Source: Escherichia coli (GTDB taxonomy: Bacteria > Pseudomonadota > Gammaproteobacteria > Enterobacterales > Enterobacteriaceae). From it: a stretch of 64,000 nucleotides of DNA. A model generated the notes under the pieces. It was not told the origin of the DNA and searched no databases. It worked only from the letters and a program-made list of their open reading frames with translations. Position 1 is the first letter of the stretch; the number at the start of each line of letters is the position of its first letter. Location: the NCBI RefSeq assembly GCF_016026235.1, contig NZ_CP065613.1; one strand, 5' to 3'. Made by a program: the position numbers and the translations under genes. This document shows positions 1 to 12,809 of the stretch, piece by piece.

Positions 1-1376
1 GCGTACAGCACTTCGCTAAAACCATGCGGGCCAGGGTTGAGCATGGCGCTACGTCCGGCGTCGGTCATCATTGCCAGCGCCGCGCCCATCAGCACCAGCG
101 TCGGGGTGACCAGAATCGCCAGTGCAGTCAGTTTCATCTCACGTACGTCGATTTTTTTACCCAGATATTCCGGTGTACGACCAATCATCAGCCCGGCAAT
201 AAACACCGCCAGCAGGACAAACAGCATCATGCCGTAAAGACCAGAACCGACACCGCCGAATACCACTTCACCAATTTGCATCAGCCACATCGGCACCATG
301 CCACCGAGAGCGGTAAACGAATCATGCATCGCAATCACCGCGCCACAGGACGCCGCCGTAGTCACGACCGCAAACAGGCTACTGACCAGCACGCCGAAAC
401 GGCTCTCTTTACCTTCCATATTGATGCTGCTGTCTGCGCCGAGCGCCAGCAGATGAGGATTACCCTGAACTTCTGCCCACATCACCACGCCTACGCAGAT
501 GACAAAAATCACTGACATCGCCCACAGCAACATGCGCCCCTGGCGGCGATCGCCCGTCACTTCACCAAAGGCAAAGCACAGCGCTGTTGGGATCAAGAAG
601 ATCGCCAGCATCTGCACGAAGTTGGTCAGTGCGGTTGGGTTTTCAAACGGATGCGACGAGTTGGCATTAAAGAAGCCACCGCCGTTAGTACCGAGCATCT
701 TGATCGCTTCCTGAGAAGCTACTGGCCCCATGGGTAACAGCTGTTGCGCTCCTTCAACGGTATTCACTGCCTGATAGGGCAGAAAGTTTTGCAGCGCACC
801 TTGTTGAATAAAAAACAGTGCGATCAACAACGCCACAGGGACTAGCACCCATAACGTGATGCGTAGCAGATCGACCCAGGCATTCCCGAGTGTGCTCATG
901 CTCTGGCGGGTAAATGCACGGATGAAGGCAAAAATCACCGCAATCCCGCTGGCGGCAGAAAGAAAGTTTTGCACCGTTAAGCCCGCCATCTGGCTGAAAT
1001 AGCTCAACGTGGTTTCACCGCTATAAGATTGCCAGTTGGTATTGGTGACAAAGCTGACGGCGGTATTCAGCGCCAGATCCCACGACAGCCCCGGCAACTG
1101 CTGTGGATTAAGCGGCAGATAGTGCTGACCGAGCAACATAAAAAACAGCACCGCCAGCCCCAGCATGTTCAGGCCGAGAATGGCACAAAGATATTGCTTC
1201 CAGTTCATCTCATGGTCAGAGACGCCAGGTAAACGAAAGAGTATACGTTCAACGCCCGCTGTACCTGGAAGAGGAATGTCATTAATCAGCCGCGCCAGCC
1301 CGCTGCCTAAAGGACGCGCCAGCACCATTAACACCAGTAAAAACGTGGCGATCAGTAAGAACCCTTGCGCAGCCAT
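1..1376 (-). CDS. kdpA: Potassium-transporting ATPase subunit A (KdpA), N-terminal ~458 codons; gene continues past the window start
   Basis: Minus-strand ATG at 1374-1376 reads MAAQGF...; open frame runs to position 1; start overlaps kdpF stop (ATGA). Absent from the ORF track because its stop is outside the window. Confidence 0.85.
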   Translation of the reverse strand, partial: MAAQGFLLIATFLLVLMVLARPLGSGLARLINDIPLPGTAGVERILFRLPGVSDHEMNWKQYLCAILGLNMLGLAVLFFMLLGQHYLPLNPQQLPGLSWDLALNTAVSFVTNTNWQSYSGETTLSYFSQMAGLTVQNFLSAASGIAVIFAFIRAFTRQSMSTLGNAWVDLLRITLWVLVPVALLIALFFIQQGALQNFLPYQAVNTVEGAQQLLPMGPVASQEAIKMLGTNGGGFFNANSSHPFENPTALTNFVQMLAIFLIPTALCFAFGEVTGDRRQGRMLLWAMSVIFVICVGVVMWAEVQGNPHLLALGADSSINMEGKESRFGVLVSSLFAVVTTAASCGAVIAMHDSFTALGGMVPMWLMQIGEVVFGGVGSGLYGMMLFVLLAVFIAGLMIGRTPEYLGKKIDVREMKLTALAILVTPTLVLMGAALAMMTDAGRSAMLNPGPHGFSEVLY

Positions 1377-1465
1377 CAGAACGCCTCCGCATTGATCAGG
1401 GCATAAACCAGATAACCCAGTAATAAAAACACCAGCAATACGCCGGTTATCACGCCTGCACTCAC
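1376..1465 (-). CDS. kdpF: KdpF, 29-aa membrane subunit of the Kdp complex
   Basis: C-terminal 29 residues of track ORF 1376..1579 are [29 protein letters not shown] (GTG start at 1463-1465); sits immediately upstream of kdpA. Confidence 0.85.
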
Positions 1466-1545
1466 AGTGCACCTCCAGTGGCCTAAAAGTGATACCGGAA
1501 GGGTAGAATTCTGGCTGCAAAGATTTCGCAAAAATCTGCGGACGG

Positions 1546-1565
1546 GGTGTAAAAAAAGTATAAAA
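1546..1565 (-). promoter_or_regulatory. Probable KdpE response-regulator binding site in the kdpFABC promoter
   Basis: Minus-strand sequence TTTTATACTTTTTTTACACC about 80 nt upstream of the kdpF start, in an AT-rich promoter region; matches my memory of the KdpE box. Confidence 0.45.
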
Positions 1566-1777
1566 ATGGCAAAAGCCATGATTTAACTAATGTTTAGTAT
1601 TAATTTAACTTTTGTGTAACTTAATTACAGGGTGAATGTAAATAAACCATCAATAAGCAAAAATAAGTGGTCGGATGAGTAGTAAAATTACACAAAAGGC
1701 GGTACTATTTTCATCAGATAAACAAATTCATTTTTCCGGTGCTATTCACCGGGTAGATACAAAAGGGGGAGAAAAGT

Positions 1778-1984
1778 ATGGAACTCTACAGAGAATATCC
1801 TGCATGGCTTATCTTTTTACGCCGTACTTATGCGGTTGCAGCGGGCGTTCTGGCGCTGCCTTTCATGCTTTTCTGGAAAGACCGCGCCCGCTTTTACAGC
1901 TACCTGCACCGCGTCTGGTCGAAAACCAGCGACAAACCGGTGTGGATGGATCAGGCCGAAAAGGCAACCGGTGATTTTTACTGA
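1778..1984 (+). CDS. ybfA: Small conserved protein YbfA (DUF2517), 68 aa
   Basis: Track ORF 1778..1984, [49 protein letters not shown]...; hydrophobic segment; followed by a hairpin and T-tract. Confidence 0.8.
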
Positions 1985-2004
1985 TTGCTGAGTTTTGAAT
2001 ACAT

Positions 2005-2041
2005 TGAAAACCGCTAGTGGAAACGCTGGCGGTTTTTTTCT
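2005..2041 (+). terminator. Rho-independent terminator after ybfA
   Basis: GC stem (ccgctag...ctggcgg) followed by a run of 7 T at about 2034-2040. Confidence 0.5.
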
Positions 2042-2085
2042 TATCGCCGTCTACACTTACTCCTGTAAACCGTTCAGGAGCAGTA

Positions 2086-2595
2086 ATGAATCAGCAACGA
2101 TTTGATGACAGCACCCTAATCCGTATCTTCGCCCTTCATGAGTTACATCGACTGAAAGAACATGGCTTAACGCGCGGGGCGCTTCTCGATTATCACAGCC
2201 GCTATAAACTCGTCTTTCTGGCTCATTCCCAGCCGGAATACCGCAAACTTGGCCCGTTCGTGGCTGATATTCACCAGTGGCAAAATCTGGATGACTATTA
2301 CAACCAGTACCGCCAACGCGTAATTGTTTTGCTTTCTCATCCCGCCAACCCGCGCGATCACACCAACGTTTTGATGCACGTTCAGGGGTATTTTCGCCCG
2401 CATATTGATTCCACAGAACGCCAGCAGCTGGCGGCGCTTATCGACAGTTATCGCCGTGGCGAGCAACCGCTTCTTGCGCCGCTGATGCGTATCAAACACT
2501 ATATGGCGCTTTATCCTGACGCCTGGCTTTCAGGGCAGCGTTATTTCGAACTTTGGCCGCGTGTGATTAACTTGCGCCATTCAGGAGTTTTATGA
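2086..2595 (+). CDS. ybgA: DUF1722 protein YbgA, first gene of the ybgA-phr operon
   Basis: Internal Met of track ORF 2017..2595 (MNQQRFDDSTLIRIFALHELHRLKEHG...); stop overlaps the phr start (ATGA at 2592-2595). Confidence 0.8.
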   Translation: MNQQRFDDSTLIRIFALHELHRLKEHGLTRGALLDYHSRYKLVFLAHSQPEYRKLGPFVADIHQWQNLDDYYNQYRQRVIVLLSHPANPRDHTNVLMHVQGYFRPHIDSTERQQLAALIDSYRRGEQPLLAPLMRIKHYMALYPDAWLSGQRYFELWPRVINLRHSGVL

Positions 2596-4010
2596 CTACT
2601 CATCTGGTCTGGTTTCGCCAGGATTTACGTCTGCACGATAATCTCGCGCTGGCTGCCGCCTGCCGCAATTCGTCTGCACGCGTGCTGGCGTTGTATATCG
2701 CTACACCACGCCAGTGGGCGGCGCATAACATGTCGCCGCGTCAGGCTAAACTTATCAATGCTCAACTGAATGGGCTACAAATCGCGCTGGCGGAAAAAGG
2801 TATTCCTTTATTGTTCCGTGAAGTGGATGACTTTGTCGCCAGCGTCGAAATAGTTAAACAGGTGTGCGCGGAAAACAGCGTTACTCATCTTTTTTATAAC
2901 TATCAGTATGAGGTGAATGAGCGGGCGCGGGATGTGGAAGTTGAAAGAGCGCTGCGTAACGTGGTGTGTGAAGGATTTGATGACAGCGTGATCCTGCCGC
3001 CTGGCGCGGTGATGACCGGCAATCATGAGATGTACAAAGTCTTTACGCCTTTTCAAAATGCCTGGCTGAAACGGCTGCGGGAAGGGATGCCGGAGTGCGT
3101 CGCTGCACCAAAAGTTCGTAGTAGCGGATCGATAAAGCCCGCGCCATCCATTACGCTGAATTATCCTCGTCAGTCTTTCGATACTGCGCATTTCCCGGTG
3201 GAAGAAAAAGAGGCGATTGCGCAATTACGCCAGTTTTGCCAGAACGGTGCCGGAGAATATGAGCAACAACGAGATTTTCCTGCAGTGGAAGGCACCAGTC
3301 GTTTGTCCGCCAGCCTGGCAACGGGCGGGTTATCGCCTCGCCAGTGTTTGCATCGCTTGTTGGCGGAACAGCCGCAGGCGCTGGACGGTGGGGCCGGTAG
3401 TGTCTGGCTTAGTGAGCTGATCTGGCGCGAGTTCTACCGTCATCTGATGACGTATTACCCCTCGTTGTGTAAACATTGTCCGTTTATTGCCTGGACGGAT
3501 CGTGTGCAGTGGCAAAGCAATCCCGCCCATTTAAAGGCCTGGCAGGAAGGCATAACGGGATACCCGATTGTCGATGCTGCCATGCGTCAGCTTAATAGCA
3601 CTGGCTGGATGCATAACCGGCTACGGATGATTACAGCCAGTTTTCTGGTGAAAGATTTATTGATCGACTGGCGCGAAGGCGAGCGATATTTCATGTCGCA
3701 GCTGATTGATGGTGATTTGGCAGCCAATAACGGTGGCTGGCAGTGGGCGGCTTCTACGGGTACTGATGCAGCGCCGTATTTTCGTATTTTCAACCCGACA
3801 ACCCAGGGCGAGAAATTTGACCGCGAAGGCGAGTTTATCCGCCAGTGGCTACCGGAACTGCGCGATGTACCGGGGAAATCGGTGCATGAGCCGTGGAAGT
3901 GGGCTGAGAAAGCAGGTGTGAAGCTGGATTATCCGCAACCGATAGTCGAGCACAAAGAGGCGAGAGTACAAACGTTGGCAGCGTATGAGGCGGCGCGGAA
4001 GGGGAAATAA
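2592..4010 (+). CDS. phr: Deoxyribodipyrimidine photolyase (CPD photolyase)
   Basis: 472-aa ORF MTTHLVWFRQDLRLHDNLALAAA...; photolyase N-terminal alpha/beta domain and FAD-binding C-terminal motifs (WREFY, GWMHNRLRM). Confidence 0.95.
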   Translation: MTTHLVWFRQDLRLHDNLALAAACRNSSARVLALYIATPRQWAAHNMSPRQAKLINAQLNGLQIALAEKGIPLLFREVDDFVASVEIVKQVCAENSVTHLFYNYQYEVNERARDVEVERALRNVVCEGFDDSVILPPGAVMTGNHEMYKVFTPFQNAWLKRLREGMPECVAAPKVRSSGSIKPAPSITLNYPRQSFDTAHFPVEEKEAIAQLRQFCQNGAGEYEQQRDFPAVEGTSRLSASLATGGLSPRQCLHRLLAEQPQALDGGAGSVWLSELIWREFYRHLMTYYPSLCKHCPFIAWTDRVQWQSNPAHLKAWQEGITGYPIVDAAMRQLNSTGWMHNRLRMITASFLVKDLLIDWREGERYFMSQLIDGDLAANNGGWQWAASTGTDAAPYFRIFNPTTQGEKFDREGEFIRQWLPELRDVPGKSVHEPWKWAEKAGVKLDYPQPIVEHKEARVQTLAAYEAARKGK

Positions 4011-4024
4011 CAGACGCGTCAGGC

Positions 4025-4147
4025 AATCGAGCCCAGATGCCGGATGCGGCGTGAACGCCTTATCCAGCCTACAAATTTGTGCAAATTCAATAAATTGCAG
4101 GAAATACGTAGGCCTGATAAGACGCGTCAAGCGTCGCATCAGGCATC
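4025..4147. repeat. REP/BIME palindromic units in the phr-dtpD convergent intergenic region
   Basis: gccggatgcggcgtgaacgccttatccagcctaca and gtaggcctgataagacgcgtcaagcgtcgcatcaggc; imperfect GC-rich palindromes of the REP family. Confidence 0.8.
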
Positions 4148-4159
4148 GGTGCTGGCCTA

Positions 4160-5824
<1,665 letters not shown>

Positions 5825-5911
5825 TTAATATGTCAAAAGATTGGCTATCGACGAACAGGCGAGGTAACGCTATGTTAACGGTGTAGCTATCAGAATACGG
5901 AAGGCGCGAAG

Positions 5912-6655
5912 ATGAAAAACACCGAACTGGAACAACTGATTAACGAAAAACTGAACAGCGCGGCGATTAGTGATTACGCGCCGAATGGTTTGCAGGTGGA
6001 AGGCAAAGAGACGGTGCAAAAAATTGTTACCGGTGTCACCGCCAGCCAGGCTTTGCTCGATGAGGCAGTGCGTCTGGGCGCGGATGCGGTCATTGTGCAT
6101 CATGGCTACTTCTGGAAAGGCGAATCTCCGGTCATTCGCGGAATGAAGCGTAACCGTTTAAAAACGTTGCTGGCAAATGATATCAACCTGTATGGCTGGC
6201 ATTTGCCGCTTGACGCACATCCTGAGCTGGGCAATAACGCACAGCTGGCGGCGTTACTGGGGATCACGGTCATGGGCGAAATTGAGCCGTTGGTGCCGTG
6301 GGGTGAGCTGACCATGCCTGTGCCGGGACTGGAGCTGGCTTCCTGGATTGAAGCGCGCCTGGGACGTAAGCCGTTATGGTGTGGCGATACCGGACCTGAG
6401 GTGGTCCAGCGTGTTGCCTGGTGCACGGGCGGCGGGCAAAGTTTTATCGATAGCGCCGCGCGTTTTGGCGTGGATGCTTTTATTACTGGCGAAGTTTCTG
6501 AACAGACCATTCATTCAGCCCGCGAGCAGGGATTGCATTTTTATGCTGCGGGTCACCATGCCACTGAACGCGGTGGTATTCGCGCGTTGAGCGAGTGGCT
6601 GAATGAAAATACCGATCTTGATGTGACCTTTATTGATATTCCTAATCCTGCATAA
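5912..6655 (+). CDS. ybgI: NIF3-family metal-binding protein (GTP cyclohydrolase 1 type 2 homolog)
   Basis: 247-aa ORF MKNTELEQLINEKLNSAAISDYAPNGLQVEGKE... Confidence 0.9.
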   Translation: MKNTELEQLINEKLNSAAISDYAPNGLQVEGKETVQKIVTGVTASQALLDEAVRLGADAVIVHHGYFWKGESPVIRGMKRNRLKTLLANDINLYGWHLPLDAHPELGNNAQLAALLGITVMGEIEPLVPWGELTMPVPGLELASWIEARLGRKPLWCGDTGPEVVQRVAWCTGGGQSFIDSAARFGVDAFITGEVSEQTIHSAREQGLHFYAAGHHATERGGIRALSEWLNENTDLDVTFIDIPNPA

Positions 6656-6677
6656 CGAATAATCAGAGGGATCGAAA

Positions 6678-7334
6678 GTGCAACGAGCGCGTTGTTATCT
6701 GATAGGTGAAACGGCGGTAGTGCTGGAACTGGAACCGCCGGTGACGCTGGCTAGCCAGAAACGGATCTGGCGACTGGCGCAGCGTCTGGTGGATATGCCG
6801 AATGTGGTTGAAGCCATTCCCGGCATGAACAATATCACGGTGATTTTGCGTAATCCTGAGTCGCTGGCGCTGGATGCCATAGAGCGTTTGCAACGCTGGT
6901 GGGAGGAGAGCGAGGCCCTGGAACCTGAGTCTCGCTTTATTGAAATTCCGGTGGTTTACGGTGGTGCAGGCGGACCGGATTTGGCGGTGGTCGCGGCGCA
7001 TTGCGGGTTGAGCGAAAAACAGGTTGTTGAATTGCACTCCTCCGTGGAATACGTGGTCTGGTTTTTAGGTTTTCAACCGGGCTTCCCGTATCTCGGGAGT
7101 TTGCCGGAACAACTACACACGCCACGGCGCGCTGAACCGCGCTTGCTCGTTCCGGCAGGTTCTGTCGGGATCGGCGGGCCGCAGACTGGTGTTTATCCGC
7201 TGGCAACGCCGGGTGGCTGGCAGTTGATTGGTCATACCTCTCTCAGCCTGTTTGATCCGGCGCGTGACAAACCCATCTTATTACGTCCGGGAGACAGCGT
7301 GCGCTTTGTACCGCAAAAGGAGGGGGTATGCTGA
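6678..7334 (+). CDS. pxpB: 5-oxoprolinase subunit B (allophanate hydrolase subunit 1 family)
   Basis: 218-aa ORF with alternative start; [22 protein letters not shown]...; operon with pxpC/pxpA. Confidence 0.88.
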   Translation: MQRARCYLIGETAVVLELEPPVTLASQKRIWRLAQRLVDMPNVVEAIPGMNNITVILRNPESLALDAIERLQRWWEESEALEPESRFIEIPVVYGGAGGPDLAVVAAHCGLSEKQVVELHSSVEYVVWFLGFQPGFPYLGSLPEQLHTPRRAEPRLLVPAGSVGIGGPQTGVYPLATPGGWQLIGHTSLSLFDPARDKPILLRPGDSVRFVPQKEGVC

Positions 7335-8260
7335 AGATTATTCGTGCGGGCATGTATACCACTGTGCAGGATGGCGGTCGTCACGGTTTTCGCCAGTCGG
7401 GTATCAGCCACTGCGGCGCACTGGATATGCCCGCGTTACGCATTGCTAACCTACTGGTGGGTAATGACGCCAATGCCCCCGCGCTGGAGATCACGCTCGG
7501 TCAGTTAACGGTTGAGTTCGAAACTGATGGGTGGTTTGCTCTGACGGGTGCCGGTTGCGAAGCGCGGCTGGATGATAATGCCGTCTGGACCGGCTGGCGA
7601 TTGCCGATGAAAGCAGGCCAGCGTTTAACGCTTAAACGCCCGCAGCACGGGATGCGCAGTTATCTGGCGGTCGCGGGTGGTATTGATGTTCCGCCGGTAA
7701 TGGGGTCATGCAGCACCGATCTCAAAGTGGGGATTGGCGGGCTGGAAGGCCGTTTACTGAAGGATGGTGACCGACTCCCGATTGGCAAATCGAAGCGTGA
7801 TTTTATGGAAGCGCAGGGCGTTAAACAGCTGCTGTGGGGCAACCGCATTCGCGCCTTGCCGGGGCCGGAATATCATGAGTTCGATCGCGCCTCGCAGGAT
7901 GCATTCTGGCGTTCGCCCTGGCAGCTTAGCTCGCAAAGTAACCGCATGGGCTATCGCTTACAGGGGCAAATTTTAAAACGTACCACCGATCGCGAACTGT
8001 TATCTCACGGTTTGTTACCGGGCGTGGTGCAGGTGCCGCATAACGGGCAGCCCATTGTGTTGATGAACGACGCACAGACCACCGGTGGTTACCCGCGTAT
8101 TGCCTGTATCATTGAGGCTGATATGTACCATCTGGCGCAAATTCCGCTCGGTCAGCCGATTCATTTTGTCCAGTGTTCATTGGAAGAGGCACTGAAAGCG
8201 CGGCAAGATCAGCAACGTTATTTCGAACAATTAGCGTGGCGGCTGCACAATGAAAATTGA
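7328..8260 (+). CDS. pxpC: 5-oxoprolinase subunit C (allophanate hydrolase subunit 2 family)
   Basis: 310-aa [36 protein letters not shown]...; overlaps pxpB by 7 nt. Confidence 0.88.
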   Translation: MLKIIRAGMYTTVQDGGRHGFRQSGISHCGALDMPALRIANLLVGNDANAPALEITLGQLTVEFETDGWFALTGAGCEARLDDNAVWTGWRLPMKAGQRLTLKRPQHGMRSYLAVAGGIDVPPVMGSCSTDLKVGIGGLEGRLLKDGDRLPIGKSKRDFMEAQGVKQLLWGNRIRALPGPEYHEFDRASQDAFWRSPWQLSSQSNRMGYRLQGQILKRTTDRELLSHGLLPGVVQVPHNGQPIVLMNDAQTTGGYPRIACIIEADMYHLAQIPLGQPIHFVQCSLEEALKARQDQQRYFEQLAWRLHNEN

Positions 8261-8984
8261 CCTGAACGCCGATCTGGGCGAAGGCTGCACCAGCGACGCA
8301 GAGCTATTAACGCTGGTTTCCTCTGCCAATATTGCCTGTGGATTTCATGCAGGCGATGCGCAAACCATGCAGGCTTGCGTGCGTGAAGCAATAAAAAATG
8401 GTGTCGCGATTGGCGCTCATCCGAGTTTTCCCGACAGGGAAAATTTTGGTCGCAGCGCTATGCAGCTGCCGCCAGAAACCGTTTACGCCCAGACGCTGTA
8501 TCAAATTGGCGCGCTGGCAACGATTGCCCGTGCGCAAGGCGGCGTAATGTGTCATGTCAAACCGCACGGCATGTTGTACAACCAGGCGGCGAAAGAAGCA
8601 CAACTGGCAGACGCCATCGCCAGAGCGGTATACGCTTGCGATCCAGCATTGGTTCTCGTTGGGCTGGCAGGAAGCGAGCTGATTCGTGCAGGCAAGCAAT
8701 ATGGCCTGACAACGCGCGAGGAAGTGTTTGCCGATCGCGGTTATCAGGCTGACGGCTCGCTGGTGCCGCGAAATCAGCCAGGCGCGTTGATTGAAAACGA
8801 AGAACAGGCGTTGGCGCAAACGCTGGAGATGGTGCAACACGGCAGAGTCAAAAGTATCACCGGCGAATGGGCAACGGTCACGGCGCAAACGGTCTGCCTG
8901 CATGGCGACGGCGAGCACGCACTGGCGTTCGCCCGCCGACTACGCTCTGCATTTGCCGAAAAGGGGATTGTTGTCGCAGCATAA
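8250..8984 (+). CDS. pxpA: 5-oxoprolinase subunit A (LamB/YcsF family)
   Basis: 244-aa [39 protein letters not shown]...; overlaps pxpC by 11 nt. Confidence 0.88.
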   Translation: MKIDLNADLGEGCTSDAELLTLVSSANIACGFHAGDAQTMQACVREAIKNGVAIGAHPSFPDRENFGRSAMQLPPETVYAQTLYQIGALATIARAQGGVMCHVKPHGMLYNQAAKEAQLADAIARAVYACDPALVLVGLAGSELIRAGKQYGLTTREEVFADRGYQADGSLVPRNQPGALIENEEQALAQTLEMVQHGRVKSITGEWATVTAQTVCLHGDGEHALAFARRLRSAFAEKGIVVAA

Positions 8985-9019
8985 CCCCGATTAATAAAGA
9001 ATGAAAAAAGGATATCACC

Positions 9020-9811
9020 ATGCCTGAAGGCCCGGAGATCCGCCGTGCAGCGGATAACCTGGAGGCGGCGATCAAAGGCAAACCACTAACTGATGTCTGG
9101 TTTGCCTTCCCGCAGTTAAAAACTTATCAATCACAACTTATCGGTCAACACGTTACCCATGTGGAAACGCGTGGTAAGGCGTTGTTAACTCATTTTTCCA
9201 ACGACTTAACGCTCTACAGCCATAATCAGCTTTATGGCGTCTGGCGCGTGGTTGATACCGGCGAAGAGCCGCAGACCACGCGAGTATTGCGGGTAAAACT
9301 GCAAACGGCTGACAAAACCATTCTGCTTTATAGCGCCTCGGATATTGAGATGTTGACCCCGGAACAACTGACCACGCATCCGTTTTTACAACGCGTTGGT
9401 CCCGATGTGCTGGATCCGAATCTGACGCCGGAGGTGGTGAAAGAACGGTTATTGTCGCCGCGCTTTCGTAACCGTCAGTTTGCTGGATTACTGCTCGATC
9501 AGGCGTTTCTGGCTGGGCTTGGCAATTATTTGCGTGTGGAGATCCTCTGGCAGGTTGGGTTGACTGGAAATCATAAAGCGAAAGACCTCAATGCGGCGCA
9601 ACTGGATGCACTCGCACACGCGTTACTGGATATTCCTCGGTTTTCTTACGCTACGCGGGGGCAGGTGGATGAGAATAAGCATCATGGGGCGCTGTTTCGC
9701 TTTAAGGTTTTTCATCGTGATGGCGAACTGTGCGAACGCTGTGGCGGCATCATTGAGAAAACCACGCTGTCATCTCGCCCGTTTTACTGGTGTTCGGGCT
9801 GCCAGCACTAG
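9020..9811 (+). CDS. nei: Endonuclease VIII (Fpg/Nei family DNA glycosylase/AP lyase)
   Basis: 263-aa ORF beginning MPEGPEIRR (catalytic N-terminal Pro after Met) and ending with a zinc finger CERCGG...CSGCQH. Confidence 0.95.
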   Translation: MPEGPEIRRAADNLEAAIKGKPLTDVWFAFPQLKTYQSQLIGQHVTHVETRGKALLTHFSNDLTLYSHNQLYGVWRVVDTGEEPQTTRVLRVKLQTADKTILLYSASDIEMLTPEQLTTHPFLQRVGPDVLDPNLTPEVVKERLLSPRFRNRQFAGLLLDQAFLAGLGNYLRVEILWQVGLTGNHKAKDLNAAQLDALAHALLDIPRFSYATRGQVDENKHHGALFRFKVFHRDGELCERCGGIIEKTTLSSRPFYWCSGCQH

Positions 9812-10854
9812 GCCGTACGTTTCGGCGCATAGGTTGAAATAAACCGCGCAATGGCAGGCCCTGTCAGCAAAATACTGAACAGGCGCAGGGTTTGCATCGC
9901 CATAATGAGCGCCATATCGGCATTGCTCCCTGCGGCGATGACCGCCACGGTATCAAGCCCGCCGGGGCTGGTGGCGAGGTAGGCAGTCATAAAATCAATG
10001 TGCATAAACCGGGTCAGTCCCCACGCCATACCCGCACAAATAGCCAGCAGAGCAAAAATCGACAGCAGGATTTGTGGTAGCGGGCGTAGTGCCCGCAGTA
10101 AGATTTGTTTATCGAAACCAAGACCAATCCGCCAGCCAATTGCCATATACGCCATCGCCAGCAGCCATTCCGGTAGTTCGATGGTGATGAGCTGACCAGA
10201 CTGGAGCACTGCGCCCGCCAGCATCGGGATGAGCATCGTGCCGGAAGGAAGACGCAGCAGGCATCCCACTGTACCGGCAACGACCGCGAGCAAAATAGTA
10301 AGCAGGAGATTAATGCTCACTGGCGGGAACCAGACGATATGCTGGTTAACCGCTTCAGCGTTATCGCCCAGCATCATTCGCGTGACCAGAACTGCGGCCC
10401 CCGCGACAAACAGCACTCGCAGATACTGCATAAACGCCACCAGGCGGATATCTGCGCCGTAATCCTGCGCCATCGCGACCATTGCCGCCGCCCCGCCAGG
10501 CGAGGAGCCCCAGGCACCAGTATTTCCGGGCAGTGAGCTATAGCGCACCAGTAGCCATCCCACGATAGCGCTGGAAAGCAACGTCACCAGTAAAATAGCT
10601 AACACAATCGGCCAGTTAACCGCCAGCGTGGTCAGGATCGAACCGGTCAAGTTTTGCGCAATCATGCAGCCAAGAATGGCCTGCGCGGCGAGAAAAGCGG
10701 AGCGGGGGAGTTGCAGGGTAACCCCGCGCATACTAAAGATGATCCCGGCGATCATCGGCCCAAGTAATAATGCCGCCGGGAGATGTACCGCGAGGAAACC
10801 AATAGAAAGGAGAAGTGATAGCACACATAACATTCCCCACTGCAAAACTGGCAT
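9808..10854 (-). CDS. abrB: AbrB-family membrane protein (putative regulator/transporter)
   Basis: Track ORF 9808..10932; likely start at the internal Met ([23 protein letters not shown]...), giving about 348 aa; highly hydrophobic; convergent with nei, overlapping by 4 nt. Confidence 0.8.
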   Translation of the reverse strand: MPVLQWGMLCVLSLLLSIGFLAVHLPAALLLGPMIAGIIFSMRGVTLQLPRSAFLAAQAILGCMIAQNLTGSILTTLAVNWPIVLAILLVTLLSSAIVGWLLVRYSSLPGNTGAWGSSPGGAAAMVAMAQDYGADIRLVAFMQYLRVLFVAGAAVLVTRMMLGDNAEAVNQHIVWFPPVSINLLLTILLAVVAGTVGCLLRLPSGTMLIPMLAGAVLQSGQLITIELPEWLLAMAYMAIGWRIGLGFDKQILLRALRPLPQILLSIFALLAICAGMAWGLTRFMHIDFMTAYLATSPGGLDTVAVIAAGSNADMALIMAMQTLRLFSILLTGPAIARFISTYAPKRTA

Positions 10855-11005
10855 CCTTTGCTCCCTCATTATTTTCTCTTTGGTGTATCGATACAGCATA
10901 AAGAAAGCCGGGCCAGGAAAAAATAACAGCAATCAAGGAAAAGGGGAAAATCAGCAATTTTCTGAAAGAGATGCCCTTTCCGGCTGCAAAGGGCATCATG
11001 GCAAG

Positions 11006-12067
11006 TCAGTTATAGTTAATCTTAAAAAGCACCACTGTATCGAAGGGGCCAGCCTCGATGGGGGTGCCTGCAATGGACGAAAGTTCAGCCGTATAGGTTT
11101 TTTCGTAGATCAGCATATCGCTGGTGAAATCGGCGTATTCAGTATATTTATTGAATGTATAAGGCGAGGCGTTTTCATCCAGCAAACGTAGCTTCAGACC
11201 ATTACCAATCAACAATGCTTTATCTTCTTCAACCAACGTTTCTTCGGTATAAAAGGAGGAACTGACTTTAAATCCGTCGGTGCATTGGTCATTTTGTGAT
11301 TTTGTCGTCTTAATACTGAATGTTTTCGACATTGTGTGGCGACGAATATCCAGCAAATTAAATTTACCAAAATCAATCACCTGTGTTTCCGGTGAAATGG
11401 AAAAATTGACGCTGCAATCCAGCACGCGAATGTTTTCCAGACCGGTAATATGATATTTCAGGTTTTGGGCAGTAGGATCTTCGTTAACGCTACCGGCACC
11501 GTCAAATTGCACGACGATATAGTCGCTAAGCGTACTTTGATAATCATGCGGCGGCATTTCTCGTATTTTGACGTATAACCGCATGCGAGCGAGAAAGGTA
11601 CGCGACATGTGAATATTAGCGGGATCACCCGAGCAAATTTTGTTCTGCCATCCCATCGCGATAATCTGCTCAGGGGTATAAATGTCAATGTTCTTACTGT
11701 CGATACACTGGTTAGTGTCGATGCGGCTTTTTCCCTGGTTGGCGTCATAATCAACGCCATTGTAAGTTACGCCGAGTTGATAATAGCGATCTTGCACCCC
11801 CGGGTAGGGGTTTACCCAGGCGTAAACATGCTCACTTTCAAAATTGCCGTTGGTATTGTTGTCACAATAGACGGGAATTTTAATATCGTCAGATTCCCAA
11901 ATCTTATCGCCGGGTTTGGCATTGCCTGGTACAGCAAAAGGTTGAATCACTTCTGATTTTTCTACCGAACCACCGGATGAACCAAAGTAGCAGTTCAGGG
12001 CAAGCGCAGACTTCAACGGCAGAAATAACAGACAGATGACGAGCAACACTCCCTTGCCAGCACTCAT
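11006..12067 (-). CDS. ybgO: Fimbrial adhesin-like tip protein of a chaperone-usher operon
   Basis: Track ORF 11006..12097; signal-peptide-like N-terminus ([23 protein letters not shown]); last gene of the ybgD-Q-P-O cluster. Confidence 0.75.
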   Translation of the reverse strand: MSAGKGVLLVICLLFLPLKSALALNCYFGSSGGSVEKSEVIQPFAVPGNAKPGDKIWESDDIKIPVYCDNNTNGNFESEHVYAWVNPYPGVQDRYYQLGVTYNGVDYDANQGKSRIDTNQCIDSKNIDIYTPEQIIAMGWQNKICSGDPANIHMSRTFLARMRLYVKIREMPPHDYQSTLSDYIVVQFDGAGSVNEDPTAQNLKYHITGLENIRVLDCSVNFSISPETQVIDFGKFNLLDIRRHTMSKTFSIKTTKSQNDQCTDGFKVSSSFYTEETLVEEDKALLIGNGLKLRLLDENASPYTFNKYTEYADFTSDMLIYEKTYTAELSSIAGTPIEAGPFDTVVLFKINYN

Positions 12068-12795
12068 TTCTTCGCCTCTACGGCTTGTAAACGGCATTGT
12101 CCGCTGCAGTTGAGCGTCGTCATGCGTAACGCGCCGTAATCATCCATATAACCGAGATAAAACTGGCTGCCGCTATAATTTCCGGTGTTTGTGTTGACCG
12201 TACTAAAAGGCGCAACCATCACGGTTTTGAAGCCGGGGAGAACGCCTTTTTCATTTCGTCCCAGGTAGGCAATGGTCAGATAATACGCGGTAGGATTTTT
12301 CAGTGTCAGTTGGTTGCCCTGCTGGCTGACCTGTAACTGCAGTTCGACCTTTTCTCCTGCTTTCTTGCGTAATGCAGCCGGTCGCCAGAACACCTTGATA
12401 CGACTCTGAATGGCGACTTGCAGAACGGCATGGTCGCTGTTTTTTTCCGGGGCGGGAGGAATTTCACGCATATTGTAGAAAAATAGCGTTTCGCGATCGC
12501 CCGGTAATTTTGTGGTCGAGGCTTGCTTTACTATCCGTACCTGCGTTGTTGCTTTCGGTTCCAGACGTTGTATCGGTGGCAGGGCGACCAGAAGATCATC
12601 GCTTTTCTCCCCTTTTTCATTTTCGAGCCAGGAATAAGCGAGGTAGGGGAGTTTATCGCTACGATTATCCACGCGCAGACTGGTAGCTTTATCATTAGCG
12701 TTAAACACAATACGAGTGCGATCGGGTTGTAGTGCAGCGTGGCTGCACAGACTGGCAACCAACAACAAAAGGGGTAGTCCTTTCATAAATGTCAT
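12064..12795 (-). CDS. ybgP: Periplasmic fimbrial chaperone (PapD-like)
   Basis: Track ORF 12064..12819; signal peptide [17 protein letters not shown]; start choice between 12795 and 12819 is uncertain; overlaps ybgO start. Confidence 0.8.
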   Translation of the reverse strand: MTFMKGLPLLLLVASLCSHAALQPDRTRIVFNANDKATSLRVDNRSDKLPYLAYSWLENEKGEKSDDLLVALPPIQRLEPKATTQVRIVKQASTTKLPGDRETLFFYNMREIPPAPEKNSDHAVLQVAIQSRIKVFWRPAALRKKAGEKVELQLQVSQQGNQLTLKNPTAYYLTIAYLGRNEKGVLPGFKTVMVAPFSTVNTNTGNYSGSQFYLGYMDDYGALRMTTLNCSGQCRLQAVEAKK

Positions 12796-12809
12796 TTTCA
12801 TTTCCTTAA

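Noticed and set aside
24-714. Plus-strand ORFs 24..515, 37..237 and 499..714 at the window start
   Set aside because: Antisense to the kdpA coding region; translations are Arg/His-rich nonsense.
10628-11191. 187-aa plus-strand ORF spanning the abrB 5' end, the abrB-ybgO spacer and the ybgO 3' end
   Set aside because: Overlaps two opposite-strand genes with good signals, has no RBS, and its translation is low complexity.
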